The notes beneath the pieces were generated by a model. That model saw nothing but the letters and a program-made list of their open reading frames with translations, was not told the DNA's origin and searched no databases. From Thermoplasmata archaeon (lineage in GTDB: Archaea; Thermoplasmatota; E2; JACPAO01; JAHFTW01): DNA of 64,000 nt. Below, piece after piece: positions 39,235 to 48,921 of this stretch; position 1 is the stretch's first letter; every line of letters begins with the position of its first letter. Location of the stretch: NCBI GenBank assembly GCA_034667725.1, contig JAXDQS010000002.1, positions 1 to 64,000 of the forward strand, written 5' to 3'. Position numbers and translations under genes: made by a program.

Positions 39235-41001
39235 GTGATTCGCAGGCTTGCTTCAATCGCGCTCGTAGTCACGCTCACCGCAGCTGCCTTCCCCGTCGAC
39301 GCTGGCTTGCGTGAAGGCACCTTCGGCGCGAACGAACCCGCCCGCGAGTCCTTCGGCTTCGGACCCGACGGCGAAATCATTGGCAGCCCAGGCGACTTCG
39401 AGCTCTTCGCCGCCGCCAACGCAATCTCTGCGGGGCTCCAATGGGATCCAGCCTTCGACCCCTGCATCAGCTGCCTCTACCCACCCGCCTCCCTTCTGGC
39501 CCACTACCCGAACCCCGTCCAGCCTGCCCCGACGGCGTTTGACCAGGCGCGCATGATCCACCGCGACGTGCCCACGTGCAGCGGCATTGCGAGTGGACCC
39601 GGTGGCGGCGCCGCATGCAATCCCACCGTCGAGTCCTGCGACCCGTCAGACCCGCACAGCGTCGATGTGCGCGACTACAGCATCGACCAAATGTGGGACG
39701 GCAACCCCGACATCAACGTCAGCGACGAGAGTTGCCCCACGCCGTGCGACGAGGACTGGTCCGGCCCCCCACTCGCCTCCTCCGAAACCTGCGAATGCAT
39801 CCCACCCGATTCCTGCGCGCCTGACGAATGCGATGAGCCTGGCCTGTTCTTCGAGAACGACCCCGGCGAACTATGCACTCCGGATTGCACACCAGCCCAA
39901 GAATGCCTGCCTTTCCCGGTGCCATGCAGTCCCGTGACGTCGTGCCTCCCACCAGAATGTGGCAGCCCAGGAATCCTAGAAGCCATCCTGCTGCTCGTCG
40001 TCAATGGACCCTGCACGCCCGACTGCTCGCCAACCTCCGAATGCGTTCCGAATCCATGCGACTCTTCCGGGTGCCTTCCGCCACCGTGCGACGAGGAAGG
40101 AATCCAGTTGAGCGACACCGACGACCCGTGCACGCCCCACTGCGCTCCAGCACAAGACTGCCCCAGCAAGTGCGCCCCGCCGCTCTGTGGAGAGGCCGAC
40201 ACGCCCGTGTTCTGGCCGGACGAGAACCACGACTGCGTCCCTGAGTGCAGTCCCGTCCAAGACTGCACGCCACCTTCTTGCGAAGAGCCGGGAATCGGAT
40301 TCAGCACGCAGGACGACGAGCCTTGCACGCCCAACTGCTCTCCCATCCAGAGCTGCGTGCCTCTACCACCGCCTTGTGAGGAGGGCATCAACACCAACCC
40401 AGTCACGGACGAAGACCCGTGCATCCCACAATGCAACATCCAGGGCTGCTTGCCGGTCCCGGTTCCTCCGCAATGCGAAAACGACGGCCTTGCGGGACTC
40501 GATAGCGACGTCTGCATCCCGAACTGCACGCCAGCCGCCGCATGTGTTCCCCCAACCTGTGGTCCGCCCACTCCAGTCGCCTGCGATCCTTGCGCCAACA
40601 ACTCGTGTCCCGAACCTGTGTGCCTCGCCGCGCCTCAACTCTGCGAGGGCAGCGACCCCAGCCCTTCTTCGCCCACCTCACCGAGCTACTGCGGCATCTC
40701 CCGCTGCATGACCGTCTCCGGCACCCTCCGCCTGCCCTTCCAAGACCCCACAGCCCCAAGCAGCCCGACAGCTTGGTACGACTGCCGCGTCTGCTGGTAT
40801 GACATCCACGACGACGACAGCGGCCAAGACGACGAATGGCTCGGCCACGGCTACACCACCAATGAAGGCTACTTCGAGATCGAGGTCAACAACGACGACC
40901 TCTGCGCCACAAGGGACCCGTTTTACTCGTGCAGCGACCAAGACATCTACCTGGTCGTCTGGGCCTGCTGCAACTTCGCCAGATTCTGCCCACGGTCTTG
41001 A
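39235..41001 (+). CDS. Secreted Cys/Pro-rich repeat protein, possibly C-terminally truncated
   Basis: Signal peptide, seven P-x-x-C...CxPxCxPxxxC repeats, then a beta-rich segment (YDIHDDD...TTNEGYFEI); GATATAT upstream. Confidence 0.75.
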   Translation: MIRRLASIALVVTLTAAAFPVDAGLREGTFGANEPARESFGFGPDGEIIGSPGDFELFAAANAISAGLQWDPAFDPCISCLYPPASLLAHYPNPVQPAPTAFDQARMIHRDVPTCSGIASGPGGGAACNPTVESCDPSDPHSVDVRDYSIDQMWDGNPDINVSDESCPTPCDEDWSGPPLASSETCECIPPDSCAPDECDEPGLFFENDPGELCTPDCTPAQECLPFPVPCSPVTSCLPPECGSPGILEAILLLVVNGPCTPDCSPTSECVPNPCDSSGCLPPPCDEEGIQLSDTDDPCTPHCAPAQDCPSKCAPPLCGEADTPVFWPDENHDCVPECSPVQDCTPPSCEEPGIGFSTQDDEPCTPNCSPIQSCVPLPPPCEEGINTNPVTDEDPCIPQCNIQGCLPVPVPPQCENDGLAGLDSDVCIPNCTPAAACVPPTCGPPTPVACDPCANNSCPEPVCLAAPQLCEGSDPSPSSPTSPSYCGISRCMTVSGTLRLPFQDPTAPSSPTAWYDCRVCWYDIHDDDSGQDDEWLGHGYTTNEGYFEIEVNNDDLCATRDPFYSCSDQDIYLVVWACCNFARFCPRS

Positions 41002-41026
41002 TTGTTTGCCGAGGTCGGGAGAACCC

Positions 41027-41452
41027 TCACACGAGCTGGTACAACCGTCTCGCGAACGCCGACTCCAGCACCAGCAGGTCCGGCGGCGGCCGTCCCAGCG
41101 CCGCTTCCGACAAGGCGGCCGCGACCAGCTTGGTGCCGTCGGGCCGCCGGAACACGCGGATCGTCAGGTCCAGCTCCTTCTCGCTGCCGTCCTTGCGCTG
41201 GGCGGGGACGCGGACGGTGTGGCCCATGAGCCGCGACTCGCCGGTCTTCGAGTACCGGCCGAACCCTTCCGAATGGCGGGCCTGCAGCCGTCCTGGGATG
41301 ATGGAAAGCAGCGGCTGGCCCATCAGTTCCGGCCCCCATCCGAGCAGGCGTTGGGCCGTGGTGCTGGCGAACGTGATGCGGCCGTGGTCGTCCACGGCCA
41401 CGATCGCCCCGGAGAGGCCGCGCAGGATGTCCAGCTCGGCGTCGTCGCTCAC
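41027..41452 (-). CDS. Stand-alone PAS domain protein
   Basis: AIVAVDDHGRI...LLGW...ELMGQ...IIP...RKDGSE. Confidence 0.85.
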   Translation of the reverse strand: MSDDAELDILRGLSGAIVAVDDHGRITFASTTAQRLLGWGPELMGQPLLSIIPGRLQARHSEGFGRYSKTGESRLMGHTVRVPAQRKDGSEKELDLTIRVFRRPDGTKLVAAALSEAALGRPPPDLLVLESAFARRLYQLV

Positions 41453-41520
41453 GCGTCCTGCACGAGCCGGGCGCTACATGAAGGGTCGGAGTCTGGGCCG
41501 ATGGACGTTTTTGTCCATTC

Positions 41521-41973
41521 CTATGGGTGCAGCATGGCGACGAACCGCCACGCCGAGCCTTCGACGTTCATGCGGGCGACGGCGCCTTTCGGGAACGCGA
41601 ACTCTTCGGGCGCGTCGGCGCTCTCCAGCACGCGCTCCTCGATGCCCGGGTTGTGGCCCGCGATCAGGATCCGCTCGCCCGGGTGGTCGAGCACGACGGC
41701 GGCGTAGGCGCGGGCGTCGGCCTGGTAGAGGCGGGGGTCGCGGTGGATGTCGCGCTCGGGCAGGTGCCAGGCCCGGGCGGCGAGGCGGGCGGTCTCGAGG
41801 GCGCGGGCGGCGGGACTGGAGACGACGCGGGTCGGCCGGAGGCCTTCGGCGACCAGGCGCAGCCCGACGCGCTCGGCGTCGTGGCGGCCCTCCGCCGTCA
41901 GGGTGCGCTCGAAGTCCGGCGTGGCGCCTCCTGGCACCGCCTCGGCGTGCCGCAGCAGCAGGACCTCACGCAC
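41521..41973 (-). CDS. sixA: SixA-like histidine phosphatase
   Basis: LLRHAEA, R.LT..G, SSPA.RA..TA, GHNPG. Confidence 0.88.
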   Translation of the reverse strand: MREVLLLRHAEAVPGGATPDFERTLTAEGRHDAERVGLRLVAEGLRPTRVVSSPAARALETARLAARAWHLPERDIHRDPRLYQADARAYAAVVLDHPGERILIAGHNPGIEERVLESADAPEEFAFPKGAVARMNVEGSAWRFVAMLHP

Positions 41974-42027
41974 GCCCCTCGGCAAGGCGTCGGCATGGAC
42001 GGCGTTTGTGGCGTCGGCAAGCGGCCG

Positions 42028-42504
42028 CTACGGCGCCGCGCACACCTTGGCGAAGCGCAGCACCCGTTCGCCGAGCAGGTAGCCGGGCTGGACGACGCGC
42101 GACACGTGGCCGGGCGGCACGCCGTGGGCCGGCTCCTGCGCCAGCACCTCGTGGCGGGCGGGGTCCACCTTCTCGCCGACCGTCCCGAGGCGCACCAGGC
42201 CCTCGCGTTCGGCGAGGCGGTCGAACTCGCGGGCCAGCATCACGACGCCCTCCGACACCGGGCCCGGGTGGGCCTCGGCCTGGTGGGCGGCCATGTGCGC
42301 CAGCTCCAAAAGCGGCAGGAAGGACTCCAGGACGCGGGCCTTGTTGCGCTCGCGCTCCAGCTGCGCGTCGCGGTGGACGCGGCGTTGCAGGTTGTCGTAG
42401 TCGGCCCGGCAGCGGGCCAGGCGGTCGCGCAGGTCCGCCACCTCCGGCGCCATCTCCGGCGCCGCATCTGCCGCCTCTGCCGCCTCCTCCCCCTGCTCCT
42501 CCAT
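42028..42504 (-). CDS. grpE: Nucleotide exchange factor GrpE
   Basis: RADYDNLQRR, DPARHE, QPGY.LGERVLR.AKV. Confidence 0.92.
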   Translation of the reverse strand: MEEQGEEAAEAADAAPEMAPEVADLRDRLARCRADYDNLQRRVHRDAQLERERNKARVLESFLPLLELAHMAAHQAEAHPGPVSEGVVMLAREFDRLAEREGLVRLGTVGEKVDPARHEVLAQEPAHGVPPGHVSRVVQPGYLLGERVLRFAKVCAAP

Positions 42505-42582
42505 GGCAGCCGGCAGCGGGGCCTGCGAAAAAGCCTGATGGGAAAGCGCGGGGCCCAAATAGCGGGGCGGGGGTCGGCGCGC

Positions 42583-43299
42583 ATGCGCCTGGCCGCTGTC
42601 CTGCTCGTGGCCTGGAGCCTCCTTCCGCTCGCGTGGGCGTTGCCGGCGGCCGGCGACTGCCACCTGCCGCCCGCCGGCCACTGCGACGGCGTCGGCCAGC
42701 CGCGGATGCCGTCCTGCACCAACACCATGGCGCCGCCGGCGTCGTGCACCACCTCCACGGACAACAAGGACGACGAGGTGCGCATCGCGCTGCCCGACCT
42801 GGACGTGGAAGGCATGGCGACCCCGCGCGGGCTGCCGGCGCACCCGTCCGCCTACGAGACCGGCACCCTGGTGGACCTGACCCTCACGTTCGACTGGAGC
42901 GGCGAGGCGGCGGCCGACGTTGAGGTCTACTTCGCGGCCCGCCCCGGCCTCGACTGGGTCTCGGCGGGCGGCGCCACCGTCGGCTCGCCCCGGTTCTTCC
43001 GCTACACCCTCAACCTGACCCCGGACGAGCCCGCCACCGTGGCCTGGACGGCGCGGATCTGGGACAACGCCACCGGCCCCGCCCTGCTGGACTTGGCGGT
43101 GGCCTACCACGACGCGCGCGGCGTCGAGCAGCACGGCGAGGCGACCGTCCTGCTGGAGGTCGTCGACCGGCTGCCCGGGCCGCCGGCGGTGCCGTTCTGG
43201 CAGGACCCGGCCTTCATCCTGATGCTCGGCATGGTGATCGGGCTGTCCGTGGGCTACGTCCTGTTCGGCAAGCCGCGGCAGGGTCCGAAGCGGTCTTGA
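42583..43299 (+). CDS. Secreted Ig-like protein with C-terminal TM anchor
   Basis: Signal peptide; C-terminal hydrophobic helix and basic tail. Confidence 0.7.
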   Translation: MRLAAVLLVAWSLLPLAWALPAAGDCHLPPAGHCDGVGQPRMPSCTNTMAPPASCTTSTDNKDDEVRIALPDLDVEGMATPRGLPAHPSAYETGTLVDLTLTFDWSGEAAADVEVYFAARPGLDWVSAGGATVGSPRFFRYTLNLTPDEPATVAWTARIWDNATGPALLDLAVAYHDARGVEQHGEATVLLEVVDRLPGPPAVPFWQDPAFILMLGMVIGLSVGYVLFGKPRQGPKRS

Positions 43300-43321
43300 T
43301 TGGGTCGCCGATCGCCTCGCC

Positions 43322-43759
43322 ATGCGCATCCTGGGGGAGTTCCGCGAGTTCGCGGTCAAGGGCAGCGTCATGGACCTCGCGGTGGGCGTCATCATCGGCG
43401 CGGCGTTCGGCAAGATCGTGGCCAGCCTGGTCGCGGACCTCCTGATGCCGCCCATCTCGATGCTGCTGGGCGGCATCGACTTCAGCAACCGGTTCTGGGT
43501 GCTGCGCGGCGGCTCGTACCCGACCCTGGAGGAGGCGCAGGCGGCGGGCGCGGTGACGCTGAACTATGGGCGGTTCGTGAACGCGGTGCTGGAGTTCCTC
43601 ATCGTCGCGTTCGCGGTGTTCCTGCTGGTGCGCCAGCTCAACCGGATGCGCCGCAAGGGCGCCCCGCCGGCCCCCGACACGCGGCCGTGCCCGGAGTGCC
43701 TGTCCACGATCCCCAAGCGGGCGACCCGCTGCGCCCATTGCGCGGTGGCCGTCACCTGA
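43322..43759 (+). CDS. mscL: Large-conductance mechanosensitive channel with C-terminal Zn ribbon
   Basis: [28 protein letters not shown]; CPEC...CAHC. Confidence 0.95.
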   Translation: MRILGEFREFAVKGSVMDLAVGVIIGAAFGKIVASLVADLLMPPISMLLGGIDFSNRFWVLRGGSYPTLEEAQAAGAVTLNYGRFVNAVLEFLIVAFAVFLLVRQLNRMRRKGAPPAPDTRPCPECLSTIPKRATRCAHCAVAVT

Positions 43760-44105
43760 GCTTGTCGAGGAAGAACACGACCTCGACGTAGGCGCCGGCC
43801 GAGACCAGGAAGGTCTCCGGCTCGCCCTCGTAGCCGTCCTTGTAGGCGACGGCGGTGAAGTTGCCGGGCTCCAGGCCGCGGAACACCACCTTGCCTTGGC
43901 TGTCGGTGGTGGCCACGAGGTTGGCGGCCTTGACCATGATGGTGACGCCCTCGATCGGGGCCTGGTCGCCGTTGCCTTGCACGACGTTCACGAGGACGCC
44001 GCCGGTGCCGCTCGGCAGCGGGACGTTGCCTGGGTCTCGGTCCTCAGAGGAGGCGCATCCGGCCAGCGCGGCCAGGACGAGGAGGGCTGCCACCAGGAGC
44101 CGCAT
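43752..44105 (-). CDS. Short lipoprotein, carboxypeptidase-regulatory-like domain only
   Basis: LAGC; PIEGVTI...TDSQG...FRGLEPG. Confidence 0.8.
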   Translation of the reverse strand: MRLLVAALLVLAALAGCASSEDRDPGNVPLPSGTGGVLVNVVQGNGDQAPIEGVTIMVKAANLVATTDSQGKVVFRGLEPGNFTAVAYKDGYEGEPETFLVSAGAYVEVVFFLDKLR

Positions 44106-44158
44106 AGGACGGCAGAGAAAACGGGGGTCTTGGCCTTGATGGGCGGCTTGCGGAAACC

Positions 44159-45121
44159 TCAGGCCAGCACGCCGTAGCTCTCGATGTCAAGCTGGGGCTC
44201 GCCGATGAACAGCGTCAGCACGATGTTGCCTTCGACGGCGAAGCGGTGGCCGGCGCCGTAGAACTCGCGGCACAGCGCGGGCTTGCCGTTGAGCGGGTTC
44301 GTCGGCTGGACGGGCGAGGCGCAGCCCACGGGCTGGAGGACGTCCGTGGTCTCGTGGCGGCCGGTGCCGTAGAAGAACACCAGCACCTCCATCGGGTCCT
44401 CGACGGTGTAGTTGATGGAGTCGGGCGTCATCTGGTGGTTGGTGCCGTTGCGGATGATGGCCTTGGCGTAGGCGGCGCCGTTGGTGTCGGAGCGGACGTA
44501 CTCGCCGCAGCCGAAGGAGGAGCCGTCGTCGCAGCGCATCACCAGCACGTAGTCGTCGGGCTGGTTGACGGTCATCTCGGCCACGACGAAGGTGAGGTTG
44601 GCGCCGTAGCCGGAGAAGTCAAGCCCTTCCAGGCCGGGGCGGTAGGAGTCGCCGGACTCGTCGAGGAAGCAGTAGCCGTGGATGGTCGAGACCAGGACGG
44701 CGGACTCGGCGCACGGCTGGAAGAACGAGTACTGCAAGGTCACGATGCGGCCGTCGTCGGAGAACACGCGGCGGGCCTGCACCTCGACCTCGCTGTATTC
44801 CCCCTCCTTGACGTCCACCGGCGCCGGGCTGGCCTCGTGGGCCTTGGCCTGGACCTGCAGCTCGTAGGGGCCCGGCTCAAGGTCGGTGAACCCGAACTGG
44901 CCGGACTGGTCGGCCGTGGCCAGGAGGCCGAGCGGGAACAGCACGACCTGGGCGCCCGGGATGGGCCGGTACACGTCGTCGATCACGATGCCTGTCACGG
45001 CGCCCTTGCCGGCCTCCAGGACCGGCTGGGACGTGCCCGTCTCCACGGTGGCGGCCGGGCTGGAGCAGCCGGCCAGCAGCAGCACGGCAAGCGCGCAAGC
45101 GGCAAGGAAGGAACGGGGCAT
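44159..45121 (-). CDS. Array lipoprotein 7 (carboxypeptidase-regulatory-like N-domain)
   Basis: LAGC; GIVIDDVYRPIPGA; LFIGEPQLDIESYGVL. Confidence 0.85.
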   Translation of the reverse strand: MPRSFLAACALAVLLLAGCSSPAATVETGTSQPVLEAGKGAVTGIVIDDVYRPIPGAQVVLFPLGLLATADQSGQFGFTDLEPGPYELQVQAKAHEASPAPVDVKEGEYSEVEVQARRVFSDDGRIVTLQYSFFQPCAESAVLVSTIHGYCFLDESGDSYRPGLEGLDFSGYGANLTFVVAEMTVNQPDDYVLVMRCDDGSSFGCGEYVRSDTNGAAYAKAIIRNGTNHQMTPDSINYTVEDPMEVLVFFYGTGRHETTDVLQPVGCASPVQPTNPLNGKPALCREFYGAGHRFAVEGNIVLTLFIGEPQLDIESYGVLA

Positions 45122-45151
45122 GGCGAACCCGCCCATCCCCTCCTGGGGACT

Positions 45152-46018
45152 TCAGGCTTGCCCCTTCGGCCGCAGCACCGCATGGGCGACGGGGTCCACT
45201 TCCGGCGGGCCCAGGAACACGGTGTTGAGGAAGGTGCCCTTGACCGCGAAGCGAGCGCCGGCGCCCCACGAGAAGCCGGCCTCCTTGGTGGTGGCGCTGC
45301 CGGCGCCGACGTAGAACAGGGTCGCGCCGAGCACGCAGTCGTTCTGCCACTCGATGGTGCCGTTGCGGCTGCCGCCGACCTCCAGCACCAGGCGGGTGTA
45401 CACGCCCTCGAAGGTGTGGTCGGCGAGGCCGCCGTCGCAGCCCCAGGTGACCAGGTAGCCGTCCGGCTGGCTGGCCAGGAACTCGGAGACGACGAACGTG
45501 GTGTCGTTGTAGGCGGTGTAGTCGGAGGAGAAGCCCCAGTCGTAGCTGTCGTCGCCGTCCAGGACGCACTTCATGATGACTGCGACCAGGACCGCGGACG
45601 CCGCGCACGGCACGAACACCGAATACTGCTCGGTCACCGTGTCGGAGACGTCGCTGAAGGTGCGGCGCGCCTCGACCTCGGCCTCGGTGTAGACGCCCTC
45701 CTCGACGTCCACCGGCGCCGGCGCCGCCTCATGGCCCTCGGCCTGGACGTGCAGCTCGTAGGCGCCGGGCTCCAGGTCGAAGAACGCGAACTGGCCGGAG
45801 GCATCGCTGGCGGCCTGCAGGCCGACCGGGAACAGGACGACCTCGGCGCCGCCGATGGGACGGTAGCGGTCGTCCACCAGCAGGCCGGCGATGGCGCCGC
45901 GGCCCGCCTGGATGGGCGGCAGCTCCGCGGCCGGGCCGGCGACAGGCTGCGCCTCGGGCCCGGCGCAGCCGGCCAAGGGCAGCAGCAAGAGGAAAGCGGC
46001 GAAGACGGCGGCGCGCAT
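45152..46018 (-). CDS. Array lipoprotein 6
   Basis: LAGC; GLLVDDRYRPIGGA; VFLGPPEVD. Confidence 0.85.
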   Translation of the reverse strand: MRAAVFAAFLLLLPLAGCAGPEAQPVAGPAAELPPIQAGRGAIAGLLVDDRYRPIGGAEVVLFPVGLQAASDASGQFAFFDLEPGAYELHVQAEGHEAAPAPVDVEEGVYTEAEVEARRTFSDVSDTVTEQYSVFVPCAASAVLVAVIMKCVLDGDDSYDWGFSSDYTAYNDTTFVVSEFLASQPDGYLVTWGCDGGLADHTFEGVYTRLVLEVGGSRNGTIEWQNDCVLGATLFYVGAGSATTKEAGFSWGAGARFAVKGTFLNTVFLGPPEVDPVAHAVLRPKGQA

Positions 46019-46020
46019 GC

Positions 46021-46992
46021 TCACACGCTCGGGCCAAGGGTGTGGTAGCCGGCGAGGTCCACTTCGGGCGGGCCGACGAACAGGCTCTGGATGAAGGTCG
46101 CCTTGATGCCGAAGGTGGCGCCGACGCCGCGCCAGTTGCAGGTGCGCGCGGGCGAGCCGACGGCGCGGTTCAGGTCGTCCACGTCCTTGTTGCAGGTCGT
46201 GCCCGACAGCTCGTTCAACGCCTCGCGCTGCTCGCCGCTCATGAAGACCAGGATGTCGAACGGCGCGGTGTTGTTCCAGGGGACGTTGTTGTCCTGCTCG
46301 TTGTGCTCCTCGTTCTTGACGCCGTGCTGGTTCGTCATCTTGAGGTAGTCCGTGTCGCGCATGAAGCCCACGGCGTAGCGCTCGCCGCCCGAGGAGCTGC
46401 CGTCGCTGGCGCGCACCTGGAGGTCGTAGTCGCCCACCTGGTTCATCTTGGCCTCGTGCACCATGTAGGTCAGGTTCGCGCCCATCTTCGTGACGTCGGT
46501 GGTGAAGCCGGGGCGCCACGAGTCGCCGGAGGAGTCGGCCAGGCAGCCCACGATGATGCCGTTCACGACGTAGTCGGCCGCGCACGGGATGAACACCGAA
46601 TACTGGGTGGTGATGATGCGGCCGTTCTCGGAGAACACGCGCCGGGCCTCCAGCTCGACCTCCGTGTACTCGCCCTCGACGACGTCCACCGGCAGCGGCG
46701 CCGCCTCGTGGTTGGCGGCCTGGACGACGGCCTCGTAGGCCCCGGGCTCCAGGTCGAAGAACGCAAACTGGCCAAGGCTGTCGCTCGTGGCCTGCAGGCC
46801 AAGCGGGAACAGCGACACGACGGCGCCCGGGATGGGCCGGTAGCGGTCGTCGATCACCAGGCCCGAGATGGCGCCCTTGCCGGCCGCGATCGGGGCGTCC
46901 GGCGTCGGAAGGGACGGGTCGGAATCCGTGCCGCCGGAGCAGCCGGCAAGCCCGGCCGCGGCGAGCACGGCCACCAGGAGGATCGCGCGCAT
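46021..46992 (-). CDS. Array lipoprotein 5
   Basis: LAGC; GLVIDDRYRPIPGA; QSLFVGPPEVD. Confidence 0.87.
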   Translation of the reverse strand: MRAILLVAVLAAAGLAGCSGGTDSDPSLPTPDAPIAAGKGAISGLVIDDRYRPIPGAVVSLFPLGLQATSDSLGQFAFFDLEPGAYEAVVQAANHEAAPLPVDVVEGEYTEVELEARRVFSENGRIITTQYSVFIPCAADYVVNGIIVGCLADSSGDSWRPGFTTDVTKMGANLTYMVHEAKMNQVGDYDLQVRASDGSSSGGERYAVGFMRDTDYLKMTNQHGVKNEEHNEQDNNVPWNNTAPFDILVFMSGEQREALNELSGTTCNKDVDDLNRAVGSPARTCNWRGVGATFGIKATFIQSLFVGPPEVDLAGYHTLGPSV

Positions 46993-47047
46993 GGGTTGGC
47001 GAGCCTTTCCACGGTTCTTGGGCCTTGTGGTGGCGGTTCCGAATCGC

Positions 47048-47989
47048 CTACTCCTTCGGCTTCATGGTGAAATAGCCGTCGAGGTCGACCTCGGGCTCGC
47101 CGATGAAGATGGACTGCACGAAGCGGGCCTCCAGGCCGAAGGCGGCGCCGGCGCCGGTCGCGGTGCGGCAGGTCTGGGGCAGGTCGGGCTGGCACACCAG
47201 GTCGTAGGCGTCCTGCGCCTCCTGCGCGTAGTCGCCCTCGAAGAACAGCGCCGTGGCGAACGGCTTCTCCCCCGTCCAGTTGACGTTGTTGCGCTGCGTG
47301 TTGTGCTCCGTGTTGGTCTCGTTGCGGTGGTTGGTCATCTTGATGTAGACGCCATCGGTGATGCGGCCGACCGCGTAACGCTCGCCGCCGGAAGGGCTGC
47401 CGTTGTCCTCGCGCACCTGCACCGAATAGGTCCCCGCCTGGTTGGCCAGCATCTCCGTGACCAAATAAGTGAAGCCCAAGGTCGCGTTCAACTGGGTGGT
47501 GAAGCTGGAGCGGTACGTGTCCCCCGACAGGTCCAGCAGGCAGTTGGCGGTGACGCCGTTGGCGACGAAGCCCGCCGCGCACGGAATGAACACCGAATAC
47601 TCGTTGGTGATGATCTGGCCGCTCTTGCTGAAGACCCGGCGGGCCTCGACCTCGACCTCCGAGAACTCCCCGTCGGCCACGTCCACGGGCGTCGGCGCGC
47701 CCTCGTGCCCTTCCGCCTGCACCCGCAGCTCATAGGCGCCCGGCTCCAGGTCGAGGAACGTGAACTGGCCCAGCGCGTCCGCCACCGTCTCCAAGCCCAA
47801 CGGGAACAGGATGACCTGGGCCGCAGGGATGGGCCGGTAACGGTCGTCGATGACGAGGCCCGCCACCCCGCCCTTGCCGGAGGCAAGGTCGCGCGGCTGG
47901 TCGGGGCCGGCGGTCGGGTCGAGGGCGGTCTCGCCGGAGCAGCCCGCAAGCAGCAGGGCGGCGACGGCCAAAAGGGGAAGGACGCGCAT
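47048..47989 (-). CDS. Array lipoprotein 4
   Basis: LAGC; GLVIDDRYRPIPAA; QSIFIGEPEVD. Confidence 0.87.
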   Translation of the reverse strand: MRVLPLLAVAALLLAGCSGETALDPTAGPDQPRDLASGKGGVAGLVIDDRYRPIPAAQVILFPLGLETVADALGQFTFLDLEPGAYELRVQAEGHEGAPTPVDVADGEFSEVEVEARRVFSKSGQIITNEYSVFIPCAAGFVANGVTANCLLDLSGDTYRSSFTTQLNATLGFTYLVTEMLANQAGTYSVQVREDNGSPSGGERYAVGRITDGVYIKMTNHRNETNTEHNTQRNNVNWTGEKPFATALFFEGDYAQEAQDAYDLVCQPDLPQTCRTATGAGAAFGLEARFVQSIFIGEPEVDLDGYFTMKPKE

Positions 47990-48069
47990 GGACGCGCAGC
48001 AGAGGACGGGGTCTTGAGGCTTGTTCCGCGGGGCTGCGCTGACGGATGCAGCGTAGGAATGGTCGCCCC

Positions 48070-48921
48070 TCACGACCGCGGCACGAACTCGACTTTGAGG
48101 TCCGTTGCGTACTTGGCGCGGTCCGGAGGCTGCATCCCGAAGGCCTGGAAGTCGGCGCCGTCCCAAATGACCGTTGGAATGGTCCAGTTGGCGCCGCAGC
48201 AGACGGTGGAGACGCGAACGGTCAACTCCGGCGGGAAGGGGGCATCAGGATAGCCTTCCATGGTGTCCCATTGGCCGTTCACGCTTTCGACGTAGGCATA
48301 TCGGGATCCGTCCGGCCGCAGCAGCTCGATGGAGCCTTGGAACGGCGGCTCCAGGATGCAGCAGTAGCCACCCAAATAGTTCAAAGGAACCCGCCAAATG
48401 CTCTGGAACCCACCGGCATAAGGTTCCCATCCGAGGACATCGTCGGGCCACGCGAACCGGTAGGTGACATCCACCAAATCGTCGGGGTGGATGTTGCTCT
48501 GGATCAGTTCCTCGACGCCTTCGACGAGCACTCCGGCAGTGGCAGGCATCACTTGCCCGAACACGCACTTCGTCAGCAGAAGATGGACCCCGTCCTGAGG
48601 GAGGTCGACCACCAAAGTGCCCAGTGTTTCCTTGCGGGCTCCACGCCAGTCATGGACGCTGCCGTCCGCCGCATACTGCCGGATTTCCAGTTCGTCGGTC
48701 GCGTCGCAGCCGCCCAAATCGTAGTCGTCCAGGTGGAACGCCAGCTTGCCGGCCCCTTCGGCACGGAAGGCATGCCTCACGAACGCTTCGACCGGCGGCG
48801 GCGTGGAGGAGGTTGATGTGCTGGAGTCCCCGCCCGGGTTCGGCGTGCCGCAGCCAGCTAGCAGCACTAGCCCAACCAGCAGGCTAGACCACGTAGACGA
48901 TGAAGTAGAGCGGGATGTCAT
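48070..48921 (-). CDS. Unrelated hypothetical lipoprotein (lower GC)
   Basis: LLAGC lipobox; overlaps upstream gene; start uncertain. Confidence 0.65.
   Translation of the reverse strand: MTSRSTSSSTWSSLLVGLVLLAGCGTPNPGGDSSTSTSSTPPPVEAFVRHAFRAEGAGKLAFHLDDYDLGGCDATDELEIRQYAADGSVHDWRGARKETLGTLVVDLPQDGVHLLLTKCVFGQVMPATAGVLVEGVEELIQSNIHPDDLVDVTYRFAWPDDVLGWEPYAGGFQSIWRVPLNYLGGYCCILEPPFQGSIELLRPDGSRYAYVESVNGQWDTMEGYPDAPFPPELTVRVSTVCCGANWTIPTVIWDGADFQAFGMQPPDRAKYATDLKVEFVPRS

Larger units (their letters stand above)
28990..41010. other. Lower-GC accessory/defence island
   Basis: Visible drop in GC and relaxed third-position bias, strongest at ~31650-39200; content is hypothetical or defence-like; boundaries approximate. 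Confidence 0.75.

Noticed and set aside
39820-40545. Repeats as a possible CRISPR array
   Set aside because: Repeats are at protein level, degenerate in DNA and in frame; no cas genes
28990-41010. Provirus or integrative element
   Set aside because: No integrase, capsid, replication gene, tRNA target or terminal repeat recognised
43322-43759. MscL with Zn-ribbon tail as a novelty
   Set aside because: This C-terminal CPxC...RCxxC extension is a commonly seen MscL variant
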